From contig NC_133622.1 in assembly GCF_048593235.1 (NCBI RefSeq), forward strand, positions 46,190,001 to 46,254,000: 64,000 nucleotides of DNA. The letters are read 5' to 3'. Origin of the DNA: Sminthopsis crassicaudata (lineage: Eukaryota). This document shows, one piece after another, positions 13,405-26,278 of the stretch. A program made the position numbers and the translations under genes. Numbering within the stretch: position 1 is the stretch's first letter; each line of letters opens with the position of its first letter. The notes beneath the pieces were generated by a model. The model ran no database searches, was not told the DNA's origin, and saw nothing but the letters and a program-made list of their open reading frames with translations.

Positions 13405-13610
13405 CCAGTCTATACAAGCTTAAAAAAGTGGAGGTCTCCCACTAAATCCAAATTCATATCAGTATTCTTGATCCATATCTTGCCATTGGACCCAGATGGC
13501 TTTGGAGAAGAAACTGAGGCTGGTGATTTTGCACAGACCTCTTTCATTTTAAATCCAGGTCACTTAAAATCTTGACATCTCCTTCCTGATATCCTGGTCC
13601 TTTTCTAAAA
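13405..13610 (+). mobile_element. RTE-derived SINE (WALLSI/RTESINE-type)
   Basis: aggtctcccact...tcttgccattggacccagatggc...gaggctggtgattttgcacag. Confidence 0.75.
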
Positions 13611-15204
13611 CAATATCCATCTCATTATAAATTACAAAAAGAATTTGTTTTACTCTACATTGAACTTCATTCTTTATTTTCTTCCTACTTTGAATTTATG
13701 TCTAAGTCAGTAGTTATGTCTTTGAAAAGTACAATCAATAGAGCTGGGGTGATGTTTTTGATAGAATTTCCATGTCTCCAGTTGTCTTTAGATTCCTATT
13801 AGATGGGGATGTATAATTTGTAATAGTGCAATTAATATTACCAATATTGATGAAGAACAAAAATATTAAATAATTTCTACACAGGAAAGAACAAGCAATC
13901 ATTTATCGGAATATTCTCTTGTATCTGAGTGAAAAAAATTTAATTGTCAAAGACATATGTTTGTCTGTGCTTTTCTGAAAGAGACCTCAGGATAGGGATC
14001 CATTTGCTATTTCAGAATTTAGTGTGAAAGTCATTAGTGGTTTATGCCACAATTTATTACAGCCTATCCCTTTACCCTGTGACCAACTTGACTTTATTAC
14101 TTCATTCCTGAGCAATTCTTTTTGCTTCTTAATTATACAGTTTCTATTTTGTGGAATCTTATTTGGACTCCTTTTCACAATTCACTAGCTAGTTAAGTGA
14201 TGAAACACAACTGACTTTTATATAAGACATTGGTAAGGTCTTAATTCACATCTGTTAGTCCTTTTTGTCTATGGCCAGTTTTGTTACCCATCAAGCTCAG
14301 GCCAGCCCTGTGCCAAATTCTCCCAGTATGTTAAAAAAAATTGCTGACCCACTACCAATAGGTTTATAAGCAGACTCTATATGTAGCCTCGAGTGGAGAG
14401 TAGTTCTTTGGAGTACAGCCAGACTTGAAGTTAGCTGGGTGGTGTCTGACAGGTGGGAGTACTTATTTCCTTTTGGAAGGTTTATTTTATAGTCTATATG
14501 AGGCTACTTGCTAGCAGAGTTTGCCACTCTTTATGACCATGAGAGAAAAAAAAGGTTTGTTTTTAATTAGCAAAAATTTTATTTTCTCTCCTATTCCCCC
14601 ATTAGAAGTAACAACAAACTTGTGCATAGTGAGACAAAAAAAAAACCCTCATTGTCCAAGTCCAAAAATTATATGTCATATTTCAAGGCCTTTTTTACCT
14701 CTCTGTCAAAAGGGAATAGCATGTATCTTCATCTAGAGGATAACTTTTTAATATTAAATAAAAGTCTCAGGTCCATCCACTAAAGAATATTTGTCTTTAA
14801 GGACATAAAAAGAGGAAAAATTATTTTGCATCCAACAATGCTTTTAAATTAACTTATATATTTTATTAATAAAAATAGCATTTATATAAATTGGAAAATA
14901 TTAATATATTTGCATGAGGAATATTATTCAACCTCCAGAAAGCATGTTTGCTTATTATACTGAGTCATGCTGAATATTTTGTTAGAGCTAAATAAAGATG
15001 AAAATGATAGTGCTTCGTGTGCATATGGAGTCACAGACCCTTGGCAATAATTTTAGGATTCTCCAGAGGTTCTCAGCCACAAGCTGCAAAATAACTGGGT
15101 TAGAGGGTACATTGGAGCAGTACACAGTCAGCAAATGGTTGGGCTGTTGTTTAGGAGACAACCAAAGCAATTAGGTATAATACAGTTTTAGCTTAAATAT
15201 AGCA

Positions 15205-16010
15205 ATGCAATTTAAAATAGCACTTTCTAGAAAATGATAAATATTGAAGGGGATGTGGAGAAACTGGGACACTAATGCCCTATTGGTGGAGTGGTGAACT
15301 GGTCCAACTATTCTGAAGAGCAATTTGAAACTGTGCCCAAAGGGCAATCAAACTGTGCTTATTATTTGACTCAGCAACATCACTCGTAGGTCTGTATCCC
15401 AAAGACATAATTTTTAAAAATAGGTAAAAAAAGAACTTATTTGTGCAAAAATATTTATAGCAGCTTTTTTTGGTGGTTAAGAAATGTAAATGAGGAGATT
15501 CCCATCATTTGGGGAAAGGTTCGTGATTCATGACTGTAATGAGATATTCTTGTCCTATAAGAAATGACTAGCAGGATGATTTCAGAAAAACATGGAAAGA
15601 CTTTTACTTACATTGAAAAAGAATGAAGGGGGAAGAACCATGAGAATATTGTACATGATAAGAGCAATATTGTATAATGGACAATTATTAATATTTAGCT
15701 TTTCTCAAAATACTATTATCTAAGACAAATATTAAAGGACTTATAATGAAAAGTGCCACCTTCAGAGAAAGAACTGATGGCACCCAAATACAAATGGGCT
15801 AAGCATATTATGTTTTTCTTCTTTCTTGTTTTCTTTCACCAAATAACTAATATGGAAATGTTTTATATGACTGCATATTTATAACCCATATCAGACTGCT
15901 TGCCATTTGGAGAAGAAAGAAAGGATACAATGTGGAACTCAAAACTTAAAAAATATATATTAAAATTATTTTATATGTAAAAAGAAAAAAGAAAATAACA
16001 TTTTCTTACA
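15205..16010 (+). mobile_element. Old L1 3' end (ORF2 C-terminus and 3' UTR, degenerate)
   Basis: ggggatgtggagaaactgggacactaatg...ggtggagtggtgaactggtccaac, homologous to 49520-49900; continues into 3' UTR. Confidence 0.85.
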
Positions 16011-16039
16011 TTATATGAAAAAAATAATAGTAATATCTG

Positions 16040-16265
16040 ACAATTATGGGACAGCAAGTTGTTTGGAGTCAGGAACGTTCTTTTTTATGAATCCAAATTT
16101 GGCTTCAAACATTTATTAGCTGTGGTCATGACCCTGGATGAGTCCCTTAATTCCATTTGCCTCAGTTTCCTCATCTGTAAAAAGAGCAGGAAAAACCCCC
16201 AAAAATCTACAATGGGATCATAAAAGAATCTGACGTGATGCACAAATGATTGAAGAACAACAAGT
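16040..16265 (+). mobile_element. MAR1-type CORE SINE
   Basis: MIR-like core plus RTE-like tail (aaaaatctacaatgggatcataaaagaatctgacgtga...gaacaa). Confidence 0.7.
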
Positions 16266-16277
16266 TGACTTTTATAA

Positions 16278-16525
16278 GGGGCAGCTAGAGGTTCAGTGGA
16301 TAGCACACCAGGCTTAGAGCAAAGGAGATCTTAATTTAATTCTGACTTCACACACTGGCTAGCTGTATGACCTTTGGTAAGCCACTTAATTCTGCTTGCC
16401 TCAGTTTCCTCACCTGTAAATGAGCTGGAGAAGGAAATTACAAACTACCTTAGTATCTCTGTCAAGAAAACCCCAACTAAGGTCACAAAAAATCAGACAC
16501 GATTGACAATGTCTGAACAATAAAA
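16278..16525 (+). mobile_element. MAR1-type CORE SINE
   Basis: ggggcagctagaggttcagtggatagcac...gagctggagaaggaaattacaaac...aagaaaacccc...gtctgaacaa; tail shared with the BovB-like RTE 3' end. Confidence 0.85.
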
Positions 16526-16749
16526 CTAACATTTATATAGTGCATCGTTTTTTAATCTCTTTATAAATACTGCTTCATTTAGTCCTCACAACAAAGAAAT
16601 GTTTACACTCTAGGGTATGTTATTTGCCTGCATTTTATAAATGAAAGTACCTAAGGTAGGGATTCAAATATAGTTCTTCCTGACTAAAATTAAAATTGTT
16701 ATATTGTTTTATATTATGCCATAACTCTTGATCCATTATCTAACTTAAT

Positions 16750-16895
16750 NNNNNNNNNNNNNNNNNNNNNNNNNNNNNNNNNNNNNNNNNNNNNNNNNNN
16801 NNNNNNNNNNNNNNNNNNNNNNNNNNNNNNNNNNNNNNNNNNNNNNNNNNNNNNNNNNNNNNNNNNNNNNNNNNNNNNNNNNNNNNNNNNNNNNN
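16750..16895. other. Assembly gap (146 N)
   Basis: Run of N. Confidence 1.
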
Positions 16896-17739
16896 GTTTA
16901 TGACTATTATGTAAATATTCTGTCTAGAGAATGCAGAAAGCAGATATTTTGTGGCTAGAATTATAATGCCAAGTAACAGTAGAAAAGATTTCTTTTGACT
17001 CCGTCTCTATAGTATTTTAATGAAAAATGAGGTTTTAGTTATTTTTTTTCTGAAAGGAATATGATAAAGATGCATGTCCCTGCATATGCTAATGTAGATT
17101 ATTGACTACACTGACAGAAAGGTTTATCAAATAGCTGTGGCAAAAAGTATGTTATATTAAATTCACAAAAAAGTAAGAAAGTTCAAAATATGAATAATGT
17201 CCAGAATCTCATGCAAATATTAGTAGAATTATCTAATAATATGAAACTGACCCTTTCAGAAGGCATAGCAAAAGCTGTCACTTGCTTCTGTGCCACATAT
17301 TTCAGTTTCACTGATGTGGTTGCAGTAAATTGGCTTCTGTATTCAGCAAAAGGCCATTCCTTTGCCATGAACTCATGTAAGTCACAAGTCATTTATAGCA
17401 CTATAGAAATTCCACATATGCAATTTCTCTGTAAATATCTCAAGATTTTATATGATATGTTAATCATTTTGAACCTATAAATATCTCCTTTTTATATCTA
17501 TTGTTCTTTATTAAGTCCATAGGAAATTCATTTTTGAATATATGTTAAATTGATTTCTGGCAAAAGAAAGCATCACATTTGGAAAGATTAAAAATGAAAT
17601 TTTTTTATTTCTTTGGAAGAGAAACAAAATCTTTTTTTTTTCATTTTGTGATCCTGGAATTATTTTCTGCCTAACCATTCTTGACAGTTCCAGACTGAGT
17701 AAGACCTCAAGGAAGATTAGCTAATTGGTATAAACAAAA

Positions 17740-17885
17740 GAGACTTTGGAGATCATATAATCCATTTTCCTTTTTGTATAGACTAGGAAACTGAGGCATA
17801 CAGAGCTGAAGGGATTTGTTGAGCATCATTCATAGCTGGTCAGTAACAGCAGGGATTCAAACTCAGGTGTTCTGATTCCCCCGTC
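17740..17885 (-). mobile_element. MIR/MIR3 SINE
   Basis: ggagatcatataatcc...ggaaactgaggcatacagag...gggattcaaactcaggtgttctgattcc. Confidence 0.75.
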
Positions 17886-19302
17886 CATTATTTTTCCCCT
17901 CCTCATGTATGGCATATTCATTGTTCTCATCCTTGGTTTAAGCATCCCTACTTCAGTGTCAGAGAAAATATTGTTCTTACCTTTCAATTAATATAGCCTT
18001 TATATTTTCAAAGTACTTTATTAAGTAATAGCTTATTTGATTCTCATATTTCCCTTTCTGTAAAACAAGACAGACACTATTATCTCTATTTAGTAAATTT
18101 AAAACAATGAGATTCAGTGTGATTAAACCAATTAAGGGTCAATGTCACTTTATTGCAAAGCCAGAACTAGTCTTCTGACTGTTTACTTTTTCCAGTAAAC
18201 AATGCTGTTTAGCACATTTATGTTTGTCTTTTAATTTTGTATTGCTTTTCATAAACATCGAATCATTTAAAACAAAAACAAATCATTTTTTCATAGAAAG
18301 AAATTTTATTATGTAAATTATTGTTATAACTAACTAAAACCTCATTTTTCATTAAAATGCTATAGAGAATGAGTCCAAAGAAATCCCTGTACTGGTACTG
18401 GCACTCTATTCTAACCACAATATTATATTTTATTATATTCTTAGTTGAGAAATAAACAAACTACATATGAAATACATTTAAAATTATAAGTTAAACTATG
18501 TAAATTTGATGATTTGAAAGTTAGATGCTCATGATTCTTTAAATAGATTAAGTATTTTGGTATATTTTACTCTATAGATTTTCAGATTATCTTCTAAAAC
18601 AAGAGTTATGACCGTTGTTGAGATACTTTATTTCAGAAAATTACCACACATTTTAAATTAAAGAAGTAAGTCCAATCACTGCTTACTTAACACTTCTTTC
18701 AAAGTATTGACTTCAATTTTTATTATTCACCCAGTAACTCATAAGAATATTTTTGTTTCCTTGCTTTTGTGTTTGATGCTTTTAGAAAACAATTTACTCA
18801 CCATTATTATTTTTCTCATTTGCTTGGTCAAAACTGTAAATACTGGGTTAATGAAATATTATTGGTAACGATGTTGTATCTTTTAGAACTCACTGGATTT
18901 TTCATTTACTTGGATTATTTGATTTCCAGACTGAATGTGGCAGGGCTGAAATAGTTAATGACTGAAGCATCTAGGCAAAATCTTTAATGGATTTAAAATT
19001 AGCTATCTTATATTTGTCTAAAATGCTCTTTATTCTTTGAGGCACAAACCAATTTTTCTTTCCGCAGCACATCTAATCAATTTCAAAGTGAAGAAAAATA
19101 AAGCCTGAGCCAGTTTTGAAAATTATTCCTCCTTGAAATGTTCTGAGTGCTGGAATTTATTTTACAGTTCCAGCTAAGGAGGCTTCTGGACTGAAAAGAA
19201 GGGAATGAATAGTGTCTAAATCTGCTTTAGGAGAGAGGTTGTTTATCGAGCTACACCTCATTTTGTTTTATCTGTCATTGCGTAAATAATAGGTAGATTT
19301 TC

Positions 19303-19349
19303 TTGGTTGGCTGTACTGTACGTGCGCGGCATATAGCTTAGTCAACCAA
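19303..19349 (+). ncRNA. Candidate structured RNA hairpin (family unidentified)
   Basis: 19303-19323 pairs in register with 19329-19349: 18 of 21 positions paired including 4 G-U, no bulges, GCGCG loop; 3 CpGs in CpG-poor DNA. Confidence 0.4.
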
Positions 19350-20519
19350 CTGGAGCAGTTCTGATTCTTTTCCAAGATATCTTTTTCCCAGTAAACTATT
19401 TTCCCTACCCCAAAACATGAGCTAAAAAGAATGATCAAGTCTGGATATTCATGTTTTCAGTGACTACCTTTTTTATTTTTAAATTTAACTTCTAAATGAA
19501 GTGTAAGGCCATTGGCAATATTAAATAGGAATTATAGAGAAATGGAATGTTAGGGATAAATGGACTTTTAGACATATTCTACTTATGTTCAGCTGCATTC
19601 TTTTTCTAGCTATGAGAGCAGTGAATTGTCATAAGGCCTTATGGGCCATTAAATGAAAGAATCACATTAGGCAGTAAACTGTTTTCATGAAGAGGCTACA
19701 TCTACTATTTTCTTTGCTGGTGGTATATATGCCACATTATAAGTGCCCCACGGTGGATGCTCAACAAGTGTCTCTGACTGATTTAAGTATTTCTTCTCAA
19801 CAGCTGGGTGCTGAACTAAATACAAATCTCTGAGTGCAAAGCAGCCAGGTGACATTGATATTGATATATTTTTGTCATGTTTTCCTTTTGGAAAGTATGG
19901 ATATATTGAAGAGGGACAAAAATTAGCTATCCATTACTTATGATTGTGTGTCCAATAGGCAGTCTATGGACTAGTATATATTATTTTTTTTATTTTTAAA
20001 GTCTATTTAATCGAGATATGTATGTTATTAATCACTGTTCCTGATTGTTGCAAATATCTCAAATATTGGATAGGTGGGAAATCTGTTACCCACTACTGAT
20101 CTGAATGTTTTAGGTCATAGAATTTTAGAATGAGAACGTACACTAAATATTATCTAGTTTAATACCCACACTCAGCAGATGAGAAAGCTGAGGTTTGGAG
20201 AAGTTAAATTACTTTACAAAGACAGGGTTGGTATCTGGACTTTTTTACCTTTGTCTCCTCACCCTAGATCAATACTCTTTCTGTTATCTGCTACTTTGCT
20301 TGAGTGTTCTTTCTTGCAGGACTGAGGCATTACTAACTGCCATTTGCATTTTACCAAACTGCATCTCTTCATTTTCATTAATATCAGGAAACTCCAGGAG
20401 ACTGTCTAAAATATATTACCCTCTTTACAGTATAGAATAAAATCATTTTCACTAACCAACCATTTAATGTTGATAGTTACTGACAGTTATTTTTATTTAT
20501 TGCATTGGAAAATTACAAA

Positions 20520-20745
20520 GAATTACAAAGCATTTATTGTTATAACACTGAAAAATTTACTAAATACTTTCCATGTAACATCTTCATTTGATTCTTACAA
20601 TATTCCTCTAATGTCATCTAAAAATGTCATCATCCCAAGTTTGCTGATGAGGAAACAAAGACCGAGGAAGTTTAAATAACAACCATGGTAAGCCAACTAG
20701 TAAGTTTTGAAGGTAGGATTAAAATTTAGGTTGTTAAATTTAAAA
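20520..20745 (-). mobile_element. MIR SINE
   Basis: catcttcatttgattcttacaatattc...catcccaagtttgctgatgaggaaacaaagaccgaggaagtttaaat. Confidence 0.7.
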
Positions 20746-21129
20746 TTGAATTTTTTCCCAATGTCCTATATTAATTATTGAAGTGTTCTGAAGAAATAAT
20801 CCTTTAGTAACTAATGATTATGACTAAATTATATAGTATTTTATTTTAAGGGAAATTTTTCAAAATATGAAAGTTGTATTTTTCTTCATTTTAGTCTGAA
20901 AAATTATGTATAGATGAAATCTTGTTAATTTGAAAATAAGAAATGTTTGATTGAGGTCCAAAGAGAAGCTCAGGTAGGGCTATGTTTTCATTTTTCAGAG
21001 GTGGCTAAGTATTTTGCCTAAGGACACACACCTACTACACAATTGTATTGAATTATGATTCCACACCCTCTGACTCAACACAATTCTCCCTATTCTACTT
21101 TGCTGACTATTTGAACCATCCATATATCA

Positions 21130-22750
21130 AAGAGACTATAGATCAGATGATTCAGATGATCATTCATCTGCACTTTCTCATATTAGATAGTTCTTATCCG
21201 TGATTTACAAATATTTTCCTGTTAGGATTACTAAGTGAGAACTGAGGTTGTCTGGATAGTGACAAGGTGAGAATTCAGGTTTTCTGGACAATTACAAGGT
21301 GAGAACTCAGGTTGACTTGATAGAGGGGGCAAGCTCATTGGCTGGGGTGGTTCTTCCCAGAAGCCCTTGCATTATCCCACACCCATTCTCTGGGAGGATA
21401 AAAGAGACAGCACTGGGCGCAGAGAGCAGATCGGCCTGGAGAAGGATAAGAGCTGGAGGAGATTCAGAGCCAGGATTCAAGAAGAAAGACTCTGCATTGC
21501 ATCAGGCTTGATGGGGCTCTCTGCAGGAAGGGAAGTCACTTCTAAGGACAAGAGTTAACAGCAACTGCCTGGAGACAACGGTTCACTACAGGAAGAAGAA
21601 TCTGTCTGAAAGATTTGAGTAGACACAGCAGATCTCTTCCCAGAGAGCGATCCGGCAGCTTCTGGAGACGACAGCTCGCAACATTTTCCAAAGAGGATCT
21701 AATCAACATGTGGGAGAGCTTCCTCTCAATTTTTGTATGTTTCATGGATACTAATGCAACTAGCAAGTATTCATCTGTTATCCCTCGTTCTTATGATGTG
21801 ACTAGCTCCATTCTTCTTATCATACATTTATTGATATTATTTTTGATTCTTTTTGTGCAACATCACTAGAAGTATATTATATGCTTTGGAGATAGTTATG
21901 TTCTAAGATTTACAACAACAAAGGGTCAGAAGGAGGATGGCTTTAAAAATATTTTACTCTAGTAGGAGTATGGTGTGGTAAAAAGAATTCCACAATTTCC
22001 CAAATGTTCAGCCTGATTTCTGCCTTTTCTTCCATTCTGGGCCCAAATAATTATCCATTTGTAGTACTAATAATATGCGTGCATATTACACGTGTGTAAA
22101 TATTTGCCCAAATTTTAACAAGTAGTAAGATGAACGGTCCATTAGCTAGTTCATTGAGTTGTGTTTGTATGCTGACTTTGCATAACTTTGTCTCTTTCAA
22201 ATCCAATTCATCCTCTGATATCATTAGTTCTCTTTGAAAATAAAGGACAAACAACAGCATTAATAATATATATGAATGTGCATATTAATAGATATTACAT
22301 ATGCATGTACCATAATGCACAATGTTACACATTATAGATATATGGACATATGTATAATTTATATGTATATATGTGTATGTGTATATTCATATACAAATGA
22401 AAACACATAACTCTATGAATTATACTAACTCAAGAGACTGTCGGATAATATGTCAGTGAAACATTAGGCATTTTTCAAATACTTGGATTTTCCTATATGG
22501 ATTCTTAGGCCACTTTACTTTGGATAATCATGCCCCTTTTAAAGAAACTTTGCAGTATTCGGATGGTGATACAATCAGCACAATGTCATCTATAAACAGA
22601 AGCATTTGAAGGACTTCATCCTCTTAATTCTATCTTCTACTAGACCCATAGGAGACATCAACCATGCCTTTAAGTAACACTTTGGCAAAGAAAGATGTCT
22701 TCCCAGTTTATGTATCATTTGATGTCAAATCAAAGAGTCATACATATAGT
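21130..22750 (-). mobile_element. Old RTE-clade LINE relic (RT region), interrupted by a solo LTR, a SINE fragment and a microsatellite
   Basis: Minus-strand translation near 22570-22620 gives DEVLQMLLFIDDIVLI (RT YADD-like motif); 21980-22110 resembles the RTE LQMDNELGPE region. Confidence 0.7.
21220..21683 (+). mobile_element. Solo ERV LTR (464 bp), likely class II/ERVK-like
   Basis: TGTT...AACA termini, identical 6-bp TSD ttttcc (21214-21219 and 21684-21689), U3 tandem repeats, ATTGG at 21337 and GATAAAA at 21397. Confidence 0.85.
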
Positions 22751-22757
22751 TGGAAAT

Positions 22758-22798
22758 ATGTGTGTGTGTGTTTGTATGTATATGTATATATATACATA

Positions 22799-22846
<48 letters not shown>
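22758..22846. repeat. (TG)n/(TA)n microsatellite
   Basis: Direct reading. Confidence 0.95.
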
Positions 22847-22848
<2 letters not shown>

Positions 22849-23048
22849 CTTGCATTTATTGAGGAATCTTGTATGACATTAATATATGGACAGGAAACTT
22901 CTTGTAAGAGAAGAAATTTAAAATTACTTTTTGCTCAAAAGAGGCAATTTTTAAAATTAACAAATAGCAAACCCAATGATATTGTGCATTCTTTTCCCCT
23001 TTCAGCCAATTTGGTTAATCTAATGATGTAGTGGGGCTTGGGGATAAT

Positions 23049-23256
23049 NNNNNNNNNNNNNNNNNNNNNNNNNNNNNNNNNNNNNNNNNNNNNNNNNNNN
23101 NNNNNNNNNNNNNNNNNNNNNNNNNNNNNNNNNNNNNNNNNNNNNNNNNNNNNNNNNNNNNNNNNNNNNNNNNNNNNNNNNNNNNNNNNNNNNNNNNNNN
23201 NNNNNNNNNNNNNNNNNNNNNNNNNNNNNNNNNNNNNNNNNNNNNNNNNNNNNNNN
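23049..23256. other. Assembly gap (208 N)
   Basis: Run of N. Confidence 1.
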
Positions 23257-24010
23257 TCCATGTTTTTACAAGTGAAGGAATCAAGTCAGATCAATTGTGG
23301 AGGATCATTTGTGAAATATTGCCTGTTTCTTAACAGATATCCTCAGATAAATATATAGATCATTCTCCTAAAGATTTTAGTATAGAGACAAGTATCACTG
23401 TTGGGTATAGTAATCACAAAAAAATTTCATTTTTTGTCATTGCTTACCCTGATCTATATGTATCAACTTTGATGCTTAACATTCAACATATATATACACA
23501 CATACATATATACAGCTATTATATAAACACATTCAATTTTACAAATTTGAAATATTAAGCATCATAATTTATGTGTGTATCTACACATAAACTTTTAGAT
23601 GTTGGTTTATTATATATGTATATCTATATGCATTTATCTCTAGACATAATTATGTGTGTCATTATACACACACACACACACACACACAAGTGTTTTCATG
23701 AGTGTATGGAGATAATGCATAATCTTTTAGGCAGAGGTGGAGCCAGTTCCTACCAGTATAAATATTTATACTTTGGAAACTGTCAAATGCTACAAATTAG
23801 GGCTTTATATATAATTTTGTTGATTTCTATATTTAAGAAAATAAGAGAAAAATATTAATACTATTTACAGGTTAAATTTTAAAATGGCATACATACTCAC
23901 CCCTCATTTCCTAACTGCTTTTTAAAATATTTACCAAAATGTCATACCTTATGAAAAGCATCAAGGGGCATTCTGAATCTAATGTGAGCCTAATTCTATT
24001 TTTCTCACCC

Positions 24011-24250
24011 NNNNNNNNNNNNNNNNNNNNNNNNNNNNNNNNNNNNNNNNNNNNNNNNNNNNNNNNNNNNNNNNNNNNNNNNNNNNNNNNNNNNNNNNNN
24101 NNNNNNNNNNNNNNNNNNNNNNNNNNNNNNNNNNNNNNNNNNNNNNNNNNNNNNNNNNNNNNNNNNNNNNNNNNNNNNNNNNNNNNNNNNNNNNNNNNNN
24201 NNNNNNNNNNNNNNNNNNNNNNNNNNNNNNNNNNNNNNNNNNNNNNNNNN
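24011..24250. other. Assembly gap (240 N)
   Basis: Run of N. Confidence 1.
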
Positions 24251-25071
24251 AAGATTTAAAACTAGAAGATAATTTAGGTCTCATCAAGAATGGATATTTT
24301 AACCTGGAATCCTTTAATACTTTTACTTTTAAAAATATGTTGATGAATATATTTAATATAATAATATGACTTTCTTTGTAACTTTATGAATTAAAGCATG
24401 TTAGTTCATATGCTTTACTAGGCTGTTAAAATGGTCCATGACCCAAAACAGATTTAGAACTCTTCATCTATAATAACCCCTCACTTTATAGATAATTATC
24501 AGAAGGCACATTTTCTCAAATCAGCAAACACTATAATTATACCGCATTCATCTTTACTTTATTATTACTTTCATTTCCATTACTGTTCTTTATATTGTTT
24601 TCCTGCTGCTGCTCCCCTTTTTCTCTGACATCGCAAAAAATCTTGCCAGGAATTTTTGGTCAAAATAATGTTAATAATTGTTTTATAGATTTCTTTTTTC
24701 TCTTGACTCTTTAAAAAAAGAATATCTTTCATGTACAGCTGTATACTTTTAAAAATTTCATTCTAATAATACTTATGCCTTTTTAGCAACACTTCTACCT
24801 TTAGAATGAAGTAACAAATTTTTATTTTACTCAAAGTTTAAGTTTCTGTAGAAAAATGGTAAAATAGTTCTTTCAACTATAAAGAAATTATTTTCAGATT
24901 TCTATTAAAACTAATTAAGCTGTGCAATACAATTACTGTGAAAGTAGATACTCATAATTTTTATTTCTAAAATTAATTGGAATTTAAGTATGTTAGTCTT
25001 AAGTGACAGTGGCTAAATATATTACTATGACTTTAAGGAAAGCTATATTTGTAGTTTAAAATTAATATTTA

Positions 25072-25220
25072 GGGGGCAGCTCAGTGGCTGTGTATAGAAC
25101 ACCTGCCCTGAAGTCAGGAGGACCAGAGTTCAAATTGGTCTCAGATACTCAACACTTCCTAGCTGTGTGACCCTGGGCAAGTCACTTAACCTCAATTACC
25201 CAACAAACTTTTTAAAATAA
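25072..25220 (+). mobile_element. WSINE1/Mar3-type short CORE SINE
   Basis: gggggcagctcagtggc...gaagtcaggaggaccagagttcaaat...ctgtgtgaccctgggcaagtcacttaac; 9-bp TSD taatattta (25063-25071 and 25221-25229). Confidence 0.9.
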
Positions 25221-25299
25221 TAATATTTATATACTTATTTAATTTTAGATTTTTGTTTGATTTATTTTAGATAAGAGAACTCATACAGTTTTTGTAAAG

Positions 25300-25611
25300 A
25301 GAAATGCCTATAGCTAGATTTATTAATATAATCCTTTTAGCCATCCAGATTCACATTCTCCAAATCACCCTCAATTCTACCTTTTTTTTTCTTTCAACTC
25401 TCATCATATCCATTCACTTGCTAAGAACAATTGCAACAACCTCTGAGCTGATCTTTTGGCTTGCCTTACCCTTACCCAGTTCATTCTTACTACTATCAAA
25501 TTTATGTGATCTAATGATTATACTTTCCCATCACAAATCTTTAGTTGTTCCTTTTTGCCTCTAGGATAAAACTGAGGGCTTTCTCAGTCACAATCTAACC
25601 TCCCTTACCAT
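25300..25611 (+). mobile_element. L2 fragment, 5' of the RTE insertion
   Basis: L2-like pyrimidine-rich sequence that resumes at about 28800. Confidence 0.55.
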
Positions 25612-26241
25612 GCTTCTTGTTCAGTCTTTCAGTAATATCCTATTTTTGATTACCCCATAAACCATAGCATGCTATTCTGCTATATCCTAAAGTCTGTAAA
25701 CTTATTTCCATTGCTTCCGTAACAGTATCTATCCGTTTCATCCTCTGCCATCCTCTTTTCCTTTTGCCTTCAGTATTTCTGAACATCAGGATCTTTTCTA
25801 ATGAGTTCTTTCTTCTCATTATGGGGGCTAAAATATTTAAGATTTAGGTTCAGTATTCAGTGAGTACCCTGAATTAGTTTACGTAGTGACTGATTTGACT
25901 TCCTTGCTACACAACAGATTCTTTAAGTCTTCTTCAGCACCCTAATTCAAAACCATCAATTCTGCATCTCCCACTTTTCTTCATAGTCCAACTCTCACAG
26001 TAGTTCATTGGCAGGGATGGGATAATCATAGTTTTGCTTATATGGACCTTTGTTAGCAAGGTGATAATTCTCTTTTTTTAAAGTATGCTCTCAGATTTGC
26101 CATAACTTTCCTTCCAGGGAGCAAATGTCTTTAAATTTAATGGCTATACAAAATCTCACAGTGCTTCCATTTCTTTTTTCACTTTTTGCCAGGAAGTGAT
26201 GAGACTAGTGGATATGATCTTAGGTTTTGTTTTTTTTTATT

Positions 26242-26278
<37 letters not shown>

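Noticed and set aside
19630-19643. Perfect 14-bp palindrome CATAAGGCCTTATG
   Set aside because: About four are expected by chance in a window this size.
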